Positions 1-7,943 of a DNA stretch of 64,000 bases are shown here, piece by piece. The translations under genes and the position numbers were made by a program. Numbering within the stretch: the stretch's first letter is position 1; each line of letters starts with the position of its first letter. The notes beneath the pieces are model-generated. The model did no database searches, was not told the origin of the DNA, and saw only the letters and a list, made by a program, of their open reading frames with translations. Source of the DNA: an uncultured Pelagibacteraceae bacterium (lineage in GTDB: Bacteria; Pseudomonadota; Alphaproteobacteria; Pelagibacterales; Pelagibacteraceae); assembly GCA_913050185.1 (NCBI GenBank), contig CAJXBA010000003.1:1081-65080 (forward strand), in the 5' to 3' direction.

Positions 1-528
1 GAAAAATCTCCAAAAAGCATAGCCATCCACATATGCTGTTTCATCCAACTCTTTAGGAACTGCTGAAATAAATCCTTCTAAAATCCATACTGCTAAAGGA
101 ATGTTAAATAAACAGTGAGATAATGCAACTGCAACATGGGTATCGAATAAATTAATAGATGAATAAAATTGGAAGAATGGTAAGGCAAAAACTGCAGGTG
201 GTGCCATTCTATTTGTCAGAAGCCAGAAAAACAAATGCTTATCACCTAAAAATTTATATCTCGAAAATGCATAAGCGGCTGGTAGTGCTGCCACTACCGA
301 TAAAATTGTGTTCATAACCACATAATAAATTGAATTTAAATATCCTGTGTACCAAGTGTTGTCTGTAAAAATTGTTATATAATTTTCGAAAGTAAATTTT
401 TGCGGCCACAAAGAGTAAGTATTTATAATCTCAGTTGTTGTTTTGAATGACATATTAAGCAACCAATAAATTGGTAACATTAAAAACAAAATGTAAATTG
501 TGGGTACTAACCACTTATATTTTTTCAT
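1..528 (-). CDS. ABC transporter permease, MalG/UgpE type; 3' end cut by the window edge
   Basis: The minus-strand frame is open from position 1 to the ATG at 528..526, which overlaps the TGA of the upstream permease (ATGA). The translation MKKYKWLVPTIYILFLMLPIYWLLNMSF...AVPKELDETAYVDGYAFWRFF contains the EAA loop of binding-protein-dependent permeases. It is absent from the ORF track because its stop lies outside the window. Confidence 0.85.
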   Translation of the reverse strand, partial: MKKYKWLVPTIYILFLMLPIYWLLNMSFKTTTEIINTYSLWPQKFTFENYITIFTDNTWYTGYLNSIYYVVMNTILSVVAALPAAYAFSRYKFLGDKHLFFWLLTNRMAPPAVFALPFFQFYSSINLFDTHVAVALSHCLFNIPLAVWILEGFISAVPKELDETAYVDGYAFWRFF

Positions 529-1394
529 CATCCTTGTGTCTCATTTCTCATCATCAAGTTGTAAAAAACCCAACAGACTAAAAGAACTATAAAGAAATAG
601 ATTAAAGACATAGCGGCTGCTGGACCTAAATCAAATTGTCCAAGTGCCATTTTAACTAAATCAATTGACAAAAATGCTGTAGCATTGCCTGGGCCTCCTC
701 CGGTTAACACAAACGGTTCAGTGTAAATCATGAAACTGTCCATAAATCTCAAAAGAATGGCAATGGTTAAAACTTTTTTCATTTTTGGAAGCTCAATATG
801 TCTAAATACTGCCCATCTGTTCGCTCCATCAATTTCAGCAGCTTGATAATAGGCTGGTTGAATAGATCGCAGGCCTGCATAAGAAAGAAGAACCACCAAA
901 GATGTCCAGTGCCACACATCCATCAAGATCGTGGTGAACCACGCATCTCCAGTTTGTTGAGTAAAATTATAATCAAATCCTAAATCATTTAGTGTATGGC
1001 CCAAAAGCCCAATTTCTGGTAAAGCAATTATATTCCACATCGCTCCTACTACATTCCATGGAATTAACAAAGGCATCGACATCAATACTAGACAAACGGA
1101 AACACCAATGCCCTTTTTTGGCATTGTTAAAGCAATCGCTATACCAAGAGGAACTTGTATAAAAAGTATTACTCCAGTGAATAAAAATTGTCGACCGAGT
1201 GCTGAATGAAATCTATCTGACCTAAGTATTTGTTTAAACCATCTTGTTCCTTCCCAAGTAAATACATTATTTCCAAAAGTTTCTTGAAATGCATAGTTAA
1301 CTACCGTCATCAACGGGACAACAGCATTAAACGCTACTAAAATAAAAACGGGTATGACAAATAGCCAGGCTTTTTGATTTATTGTTTTATTCAT
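528..1394 (-). CDS. ABC transporter permease, MalF/UgpA type
   Basis: 288 aa with multiple hydrophobic spans. EAA-loop region AAEIDGANRWAVFRHIELPKMKK. Its start overlaps the stop of the upstream ATPase gene by 4 nt. Confidence 0.9.
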   Translation of the reverse strand: MNKTINQKAWLFVIPVFILVAFNAVVPLMTVVNYAFQETFGNNVFTWEGTRWFKQILRSDRFHSALGRQFLFTGVILFIQVPLGIAIALTMPKKGIGVSVCLVLMSMPLLIPWNVVGAMWNIIALPEIGLLGHTLNDLGFDYNFTQQTGDAWFTTILMDVWHWTSLVVLLSYAGLRSIQPAYYQAAEIDGANRWAVFRHIELPKMKKVLTIAILLRFMDSFMIYTEPFVLTGGGPGNATAFLSIDLVKMALGQFDLGPAAAMSLIYFFIVLLVCWVFYNLMMRNETQG

Positions 1395-2455
1395 TCGATT
1401 ATCCAGCTATCACCGTAAGTATAAGTGTATTTTTTGTTAAAAGACAAAAAAGCACTTCCGCTTGGTATGTCTTTTGATGGATGAGAAAGAACTTTTATCT
1501 TTCCACTTTTACATTCTGTATCAATAATCTTGTGTCTTCCTGTATTACTTACTTTTAAAACTTTGACCGGTATACCTTCTTTACTAAAAGAAACAAATTC
1601 AGGTCTAATTCCTATTTCTGTTTTAGAAAAATTTGATTTATTAATTTGTGAATTGGTAGATATTTTTACACCATCTATTACTGGTGTGCTGCTTTGTATT
1701 TGACAAGGTAATATATTCATGCCTGGCGATCCTATAAAGTGCCCAACAAAAGTATGTTTTGGTTTTTCAAACAATTCAACAGGAGTTCCGGTTTGAACAA
1801 GCTGACCTTCGTGCATTACAACAACCTGATTTGCAAATGTTAAGGCTTCCGTTTGATCATGAGTTACGTAAATCATGGTTTTATTAATTTTTTGATGAAG
1901 TTCTTTTAGTTTTGAACGCAGCACCCATTTTAAATGAGGATCAATAACTGTTAGGGGTTCATCAAACATTATCACATTTACATTTGATCTAGCTAAACCT
2001 CTGCCTAAGGAAATTTTTTGTTTTCCATCAGCGGTTAAACCTGAAGCCCTGTTATTAAGTGTTTTTGTTAGTTCTAACATCTCTGCTATTTCTTTTACTC
2101 TTGAATCAATTTCACTATCTATCATTCCACGATTTTTTAACGGAAATGCTAGATTTTTGTAAACTGTCATTGTGTCGTAAATCACAGGAAATTGAAAAAT
2201 CTGTGCAATATTTCTTTCGACAGGAGTCTGTGAAGTTACATCTTTATCATCAAACAAAACTTTTCCTTTTGTCGGATTCAAAAGACCTGAAATTATATTT
2301 AACAAAGTTGTTTTTCCACAACCAGACGGCCCAAGTAGTGCATACGCACCTCCATCTTGCCAATCAAGATTTATATCTCTCAAAGCCCAATCAGCGTCAG
2401 AGTTTTGTTTATCTAAATAACTATGACTTAAATTATCTAACGTAATTTTAGACAT
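1391..2455 (-). CDS. ABC transporter ATP-binding protein, MalK/UgpC-like, with a degenerate signature motif
   Basis: Walker A GPSGCGKTT, Walker B VIMFDEP and H-loop YVTHDQTEA are canonical. The signature reads LTADG instead of LSGGQ. A C-terminal MalK-type regulatory/TOBE-like extension is present. Confidence 0.9.
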   Translation of the reverse strand: MSKITLDNLSHSYLDKQNSDADWALRDINLDWQDGGAYALLGPSGCGKTTLLNIISGLLNPTKGKVLFDDKDVTSQTPVERNIAQIFQFPVIYDTMTVYKNLAFPLKNRGMIDSEIDSRVKEIAEMLELTKTLNNRASGLTADGKQKISLGRGLARSNVNVIMFDEPLTVIDPHLKWVLRSKLKELHQKINKTMIYVTHDQTEALTFANQVVVMHEGQLVQTGTPVELFEKPKHTFVGHFIGSPGMNILPCQIQSSTPVIDGVKISTNSQINKSNFSKTEIGIRPEFVSFSKEGIPVKVLKVSNTGRHKIIDTECKSGKIKVLSHPSKDIPSGSAFLSFNKKYTYTYGDSWIIE

Positions 2456-3515
2456 TGTTTACCAGATTATTATTCTGATCGAAGTACATAAATTCATCTA
2501 CATTCATATATAATTTTGCTTCTTGACCAACCTTCATTTGATGAATTCCGTTAGATAAAGATACCCAATTTAAATTGACATTTCTAAAATGGATTAAACT
2601 TTCAGAACCGCTAAGTTCTGATATTAAAACTTTTCCCTTAATTTCAATACAATTATTGCCCTCTTTATATGTGGTAATATTATAAGGTCTGATGCCTACT
2701 TTGTAATTTCCATCTTTCAAATCTACATTTGAATTCTTCCATTTGACTGAATCATGTAATAAAGAAAAAGTATCCCCACTTTTTTTGATTTCAGAAATAT
2801 TTATGGGAGGATCGCTAAAAACTCTTGCTGAAAATAAATTTTTTGGTTTGTTGTATACTTCAATTGTCTTGCCGTATTCAATAACCCTACCTTCCATAAG
2901 AGTTGCGGTATAACCTCCAATTAATAAAGCATCGGAAGGCTCAGTTGTTGCATAAACTACAATACATTCTCTATTTTCAAATAATTTTGGTAGTTCTTCC
3001 CTAAGTTCTTCTCTTAGTTTAAAATCTAAATTGGCCAAAGGTTCATCTAATAATATAAGCCCAGAATCCTTAACTAAAGCTCTGGCCAATGCAGTTCTTT
3101 GTTGTTGCCCACCCGAAAGTTCATTGGGTCTCTTATCTAACATTTCTGATAATTTTAGTAATTCAGAAACTTGGCCAACTCTCTTTTTAATTTGATCGGA
3201 GTTAATTCCAGTAATTTTTAAAGGTGATGCAATATTATCAAATACCGAGAAATTTGGGTAATTTATAAATTGTTGATAAACCATGGAAACATTTCTTTTT
3301 TGAACAGCAACTCCTGTAACATTTTTATCAGCAAACCAAATTTCTCCATTTGTCGGTTTATCCAAACCGGCCATGATCTGCATTAAAGTTGTTTTGCCAG
3401 CTAAAGTAGATCCTAATAAAATATTGATTGTATTTTTTTCGAAACGTAAGTTAGTTGAATATATATGAGTATCTTGACCAACTTTTTTTTCTACATTCCT
3501 TAGTTCTAGGCTCAT
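2448..3515 (-). CDS. ABC transporter ATP-binding protein, MalK/UgpC-like, with a degenerate H-loop
   Basis: Walker A GSTLAGKTT, Q-loop MVYQQ, canonical signature LSGGQQQR and Walker B LILLDEP. The H-loop position reads VYATTEPSDA, with no His. It overlaps the next ATPase gene by 8 nt. Confidence 0.9.
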   Translation of the reverse strand: MSLELRNVEKKVGQDTHIYSTNLRFEKNTINILLGSTLAGKTTLMQIMAGLDKPTNGEIWFADKNVTGVAVQKRNVSMVYQQFINYPNFSVFDNIASPLKITGINSDQIKKRVGQVSELLKLSEMLDKRPNELSGGQQQRTALARALVKDSGLILLDEPLANLDFKLREELREELPKLFENRECIVVYATTEPSDALLIGGYTATLMEGRVIEYGKTIEVYNKPKNLFSARVFSDPPINISEIKKSGDTFSLLHDSVKWKNSNVDLKDGNYKVGIRPYNITTYKEGNNCIEIKGKVLISELSGSESLIHFRNVNLNWVSLSNGIHQMKVGQEAKLYMNVDEFMYFDQNNNLVNNV

Positions 3516-3535
3516 GAAGCTACAAATCCTAATCT

Positions 3536-3559
3536 AAAAAGGGGGCGATAAACGCCCCC
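3536..3559 (-). terminator. Rho-independent terminator/attenuator between the binding-protein gene and the ATPase genes
   Basis: Perfect 7 bp G/C stem, GGGGGCG (3541-3547) with CGCCCCC (3553-3559), and a 5 nt loop. On the minus strand it is followed by TTTTT (complement of 3536-3540). It begins 26 nt after the binding-protein stop codon and is by far the most GC-rich short stretch seen in the window. Confidence 0.7.
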
Positions 3560-3585
3560 TTATAATCATTTAGATAACTGTCCTA

Positions 3586-5304
3586 TTAGTTCCAAGCTTT
3601 TTCGTAAGGAACAGTTTTACCCTTTGGCTTTTCATTACGTTTCGCTTTTGGCGAACCTGCTTTATTAAGCCAAGCGGCTGCATCTCCCGGTTTATTTAAT
3701 CGAGGACCACAACCACCGTATATTTTGTTAGCTTTATCGGCAGCTTCCATACGAGACATCACTAAGTCCATCTCTTCTGCAAGACGATCCATAGCTTGTT
3801 GCGGAGTAAATGCACCAGAGTTTACATCTCCAATTTGTTGCCACCAGATTTGTGCAAGTTTTGGATAATCTGGAACATTAATTCCAGTTGGTGACCACAA
3901 TACCCTGTTAGGAGATCTATAGAATTCCACAAGACCACCTAGTTTTGAAGCTCTCTCTGTGAAAGATTTGTGGTTAATGTCACTATCACGAATAATAGTT
4001 AAACCAACATGACTCTTCTTTAGAGATACAGTTTTTGAAACTGTAAACTGAGCGAATAACCATGCAGCTTTTCTTCTGTCAACCGGAGTAGACTTAAATA
4101 AAGTCCATGATCCAGCATCTTGATATCCAAGCTTCATACCTTCATCCCAGTAAGGTCCTTTTGGTGATGGACCCATTCTCCATAACGGTTTTCCATTATC
4201 ATCAACTGTTTTATTCCCTGAGCTTTTTGGAGCAACCATCGATGCTGTAAACGCTGTATACCAAAAAATTTGCTGAGCAACATTTCCAGATGATAGAGCT
4301 GGTAAAGATTGATAAAAATCCATACTTGCAGCACCTGGAGGAGCATAGGCTCTTAACCACTCATCCCATTTTCTGATTGCATAAACGGCCGCAGGACCAT
4401 TAGCTGCACCACCACGAGATACCGAAGCACCTACTGGGTTACAAGAACCTTTTTCCATTCTTATACCCCATTCGTCAACTGGTACACCATTCGGTTTACC
4501 AACACTTCCTGCTCCAGCCATTGATAACCACGCATCAGTCATTCTCCATCCTAAGTCCGGAGCTCTTTTACCGTAGTCCATGTGACCATATACTCTAACA
4601 CCATCGATTTCTTTAACATGATTTGTAAAGTAATCAGCAATGTCTTCGTAAGCAGACCAGTTAACTGGTACACCTAAGTCATAACCGTATTTTGCTTTAA
4701 AACCTTTTTTAATATCGGGTCTATCAAACCAATCTTTCCTAAACCAGTAAAGATTAGCAAATTGTTGATCTGGTAGCTGATATAATTTTCCATCCGGACC
4801 TGTTGTAAATGATTTGCCAATGAAATCATCAACATCTAAAGTTGGTAAAGTCACATCTTTACCTTCTCCCGCCATCCAGTCTGTTAGATTAACTGCAAGT
4901 TGAAGTCTTGAGTGTGTACCAATTAAATCAGAGTCATTGATATATGCATCATACAAGTTTCTTCCTGTTTGCATTTGTGTTTGAACTGCCTGTACAACCT
5001 CACCCTCTCCAAGCAACTGGTGATTTACTTTTATTCCAGTAATTTCTTCAAATGCTTTGGTAAGAGTTTTAGATTCGTAAGTGTGAGTTGGAATAGTTTC
5101 AGAAAGAACGTTTATTTCCATTCCTTTAAAAGGCTTAGCTGCCTTTTGAAACCATTTTAATTCTTTAACTCTATCTTTTTCAGATATAGTTGAAAGACTA
5201 AACTCACCTTTCGCCCATTTATCAATTGCATCTGCAAAAGCAGAAGAAATTAATAATGAAAGGGTTACAGCAACAGTCAAGATCGATTTTAATGTTTTCA
5301 ACAT
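3586..5304 (-). CDS. Periplasmic substrate-binding protein of the ABC importer (large, 572 aa; probable glycerol or small-polyol binding)
   Basis: Sec signal peptide MLKTLKSILTVAVTLSLLISSAFA/DA. Its length and W/Y-rich sequence fit an extracellular solute-binding protein. It sits between glpK and the ABC ATPase/permease genes and has a strong RBS (AAGGGGGAAATAATG). Confidence 0.85.
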   Translation of the reverse strand: MLKTLKSILTVAVTLSLLISSAFADAIDKWAKGEFSLSTISEKDRVKELKWFQKAAKPFKGMEINVLSETIPTHTYESKTLTKAFEEITGIKVNHQLLGEGEVVQAVQTQMQTGRNLYDAYINDSDLIGTHSRLQLAVNLTDWMAGEGKDVTLPTLDVDDFIGKSFTTGPDGKLYQLPDQQFANLYWFRKDWFDRPDIKKGFKAKYGYDLGVPVNWSAYEDIADYFTNHVKEIDGVRVYGHMDYGKRAPDLGWRMTDAWLSMAGAGSVGKPNGVPVDEWGIRMEKGSCNPVGASVSRGGAANGPAAVYAIRKWDEWLRAYAPPGAASMDFYQSLPALSSGNVAQQIFWYTAFTASMVAPKSSGNKTVDDNGKPLWRMGPSPKGPYWDEGMKLGYQDAGSWTLFKSTPVDRRKAAWLFAQFTVSKTVSLKKSHVGLTIIRDSDINHKSFTERASKLGGLVEFYRSPNRVLWSPTGINVPDYPKLAQIWWQQIGDVNSGAFTPQQAMDRLAEEMDLVMSRMEAADKANKIYGGCGPRLNKPGDAAAWLNKAGSPKAKRNEKPKGKTVPYEKAWN

Positions 5305-5336
5305 TATTTCCCCCTTAAATTGTTGTTTAAAACTTG

Positions 5337-5365
5337 ATTAGATATAAAAGAAATTTTTTTGTCAA
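5337..5365 (-). promoter_or_regulatory. Putative sigma-70 promoter for the binding-protein gene
   Basis: The minus strand reads TTGACA (complement of 5360-5365), a 17 nt spacer, then TCTAAT (complement of 5337-5342). This is about 35 nt upstream of the ATG at 5304, inside the only sizeable gap (120 nt) in this gene string. Confidence 0.45.
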
Positions 5366-5424
5366 AAACTAAATTTACTTTCACCAATTTATTTGGCACA
5401 GATCAAATACAATTATGGATTGCA

Positions 5425-6909
5425 TTAGTTGATCAAAGTTCTTTTAATTGCTGTATTCCAACCTCTAATTAGTTTTTTTCTGAAATTATTGTTGATTTTA
5501 GGTGAAAACTTTTTATCTAAGCTCCATTGTTTTGAAATGTCTTTTAAGGATTTATAAACTCCTATTTTCAATCCAGCCATAAACGCAGCACCTAGTGCTG
5601 TTGTTTCATGAACTTTGGGTCTTAAAACTTTTACATTAATAATATCTGCCAAAAATTGTGAGAACCAATTATTCATAACCATTCCGCCATCAACTTTTAC
5701 TAGCTTTGGTCTTAATCCATCGTGTTTCATGGCTTCAAATAGATCGTAGGTTTGATAAGCTACTGATTCAATAATAGCCCTTACTATTTCTTTTGGACCT
5801 GTATCTCTAGTAATTCCACTTAAGATTCCTCTTGCATTTGCATTCCAATATGGAGCTCCAAGTCCAGTAAATGCTGGAACCAGATAAATTCCAGCATTAT
5901 CTTTTAGAGATTTAATTATTTTTTCAGTTTCGGGAGCTTTCTTTACAAACTTCATTCGATCTCTTAACCATTGTACGCCTGCCCCAGCAATAAAAATCGA
6001 ACCTTCAAGTGCATACGTAGTTTTACCATTTAATCGATAACCAATGGTCGTTAATAATCTATTTTTGGAATATATTTTTCTAGATCCTGTGTTTAACAAA
6101 ATAAATGCTCCTGTTCCATAAGTGCTCTTTAAAGAACCTGGGTCAAAACAGCATTGACCAATAGTTGCTGCCTGCTGGTCGCCAACAACACCGGTAATAG
6201 GTATGGGTTTTCCAGTTAATAAAGAGTGAGTGTAACCATAATCATCAGCACAATCTTTTACTTCTGGAAGAATATTTTTTTTTATTTTTAAAAGTTTTAA
6301 AATCGTATTGTCCCATTTGTTAGAAGTAATATTGTAAATCATGGTTCTACTTGCATTTGTGGCATCAGAAGCATGGACCTCACCCTTAGTGAGTCTCCAA
6401 ATTAAAAAACTATCTATGGTTCCAAAAAGCAGTTGATTTTTATCCATTAGTTTCTTAGCTAAAGGAACATTGTCTAATACCCATTTGATTTTTGTTCCCG
6501 AAAAATAAGGATCAATTAAAAGTCCGGTTTTATTAAAAATTAAAGTCTCTTTGTTTTGTCTTCTTAATTTTCTACAATAATCTTCCGTTCTTCTGTCCTG
6601 CCAAACAATAGCATTGTAAACTGCTTTTCCAGTTTTTTTGTCCCACAAAACCGTTGTTTCTCTTTGATTAGTTATTCCAATTGTTAAAATATTTCCCCTA
6701 AGTCTTTTTGCTTTATTAATAACATCTTTAAGGGTTTTTTTGATTGTGCTCCAAATTTCTTCTGGATTGTGTTCAACCCAACCACTTTTTGGAAAGTATT
6801 GAGTAAATTCTTTTTGAGATGAATAAATAGGTTTACCTTTTAAGTTAAATAAAATAGATCTACTTGATGTCGTTCCTTGATCTATGGCTATGATGAAATC
6901 TTTTTTCAT
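5425..6909 (-). CDS. glpK: Glycerol kinase
   Basis: 494 aa. FGGY-kinase N-terminus IAIDQGTTSSRSILF, plus GITNQRETTVLWDKKTGK and typical GlpK length and C-terminal motifs. Confidence 0.95.
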   Translation of the reverse strand: MKKDFIIAIDQGTTSSRSILFNLKGKPIYSSQKEFTQYFPKSGWVEHNPEEIWSTIKKTLKDVINKAKRLRGNILTIGITNQRETTVLWDKKTGKAVYNAIVWQDRRTEDYCRKLRRQNKETLIFNKTGLLIDPYFSGTKIKWVLDNVPLAKKLMDKNQLLFGTIDSFLIWRLTKGEVHASDATNASRTMIYNITSNKWDNTILKLLKIKKNILPEVKDCADDYGYTHSLLTGKPIPITGVVGDQQAATIGQCCFDPGSLKSTYGTGAFILLNTGSRKIYSKNRLLTTIGYRLNGKTTYALEGSIFIAGAGVQWLRDRMKFVKKAPETEKIIKSLKDNAGIYLVPAFTGLGAPYWNANARGILSGITRDTGPKEIVRAIIESVAYQTYDLFEAMKHDGLRPKLVKVDGGMVMNNWFSQFLADIINVKVLRPKVHETTALGAAFMAGLKIGVYKSLKDISKQWSLDKKFSPKINNNFRKKLIRGWNTAIKRTLIN

Positions 6910-7940
6910 TAATTAAAATTTTCCCATTTAATCTCTAATTTTTTATCTTCTAAGATAGCATCGATCATAGCAATCATTAAAGGAAGTTTCTTTTCATCAA
7001 AATCTTCTTTGACTTTCTTACCAATTTCAAAAATTAGTTCTGCTCCCTCAACAGTAATATTAGACATTTTGTCTCTTTTAGCCTCAGAAAATAACATGCC
7101 GTCGCCTAATAAAGCTCCCATTCTACTATTTCTTCCTCCAGCCGAACTAACATATAAATCCCCTAGACCAGCTAGACCATTCACGGTTTCTTTTTTTCCA
7201 TTTAAAAATTCTACAAATATTTCCATTTCATAAATGGATTGTCTTACCAGTGCAGCAGAAGTGTTTAAATGAGTATTATCTTTTCGTTCAGTTTTGTTTA
7301 ATCCTGGCGCAGCACCAATGGCCATAGAAAATATATTTTTTATTGCTGCACAGACTTCTACGCCATTAATATCTGTACTAGTTGAAACACGATAATAATT
7401 TGTAGTTAACATCTTTTTCAACGAGTTAGCGGTATCTAAATTATTATTTGCAACAACAACTCCACTATAAACTCTATTGGCTAGACCTGCCGCTAAACAT
7501 GGCCCACCAACAGCGGATAAGTTTATGTTTTTAATCCCCTTTTGAGATAACAGTCTGATTAATTTATCGACTAAAAGTTCATATTTATTTTCATTAGTGC
7601 TCAAACCTTTAGTCAACATTAAGAGTGGAGGTAATTCTCCATCATATGAAACTTTTTTTAATTCTTCCGCAACCCAGTCTATGCCTTTCGAACTAACACC
7701 TAAAACAATTAAATCTGGTTTTTTTATAAAAACTTCTTTAATTAAATCATGTTTGAAAAATTTAATCGTGTTTAAAACTTCAATATTAAGACCATAATGA
7801 AAGTGCCTTGTATTTAATTCATCAATAGAGTCATTCTCTAAATGTGTTCCAACAATACTGACTTCATGTTTATTATCAGAACATGGATAGGCAAATGCAG
7901 TACCCATTGCACCAGCACCCAAAATTATTATCCTAGTCAC
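6909..7940 (-). CDS. gpsA: NAD(P)H-dependent glycerol-3-phosphate dehydrogenase family protein (GpsA-like, divergent)
   Basis: 343 aa. N-terminal Rossmann motif ILGAGAMGTAFA, then DINGVEVCAAIKNIFSMAIG, GLAGLGDLYVSSAGGRNSRMG and VEGAEL, in the order found in GpsA. The usual GPSxAxE segment reads GGPCLAAGLA. Confidence 0.8.
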   Translation of the reverse strand: MTRIIILGAGAMGTAFAYPCSDNKHEVSIVGTHLENDSIDELNTRHFHYGLNIEVLNTIKFFKHDLIKEVFIKKPDLIVLGVSSKGIDWVAEELKKVSYDGELPPLLMLTKGLSTNENKYELLVDKLIRLLSQKGIKNINLSAVGGPCLAAGLANRVYSGVVVANNNLDTANSLKKMLTTNYYRVSTSTDINGVEVCAAIKNIFSMAIGAAPGLNKTERKDNTHLNTSAALVRQSIYEMEIFVEFLNGKKETVNGLAGLGDLYVSSAGGRNSRMGALLGDGMLFSEAKRDKMSNITVEGAELIFEIGKKVKEDFDEKKLPLMIAMIDAILEDKKLEIKWENFN

Positions 7941-7943
7941 AAA

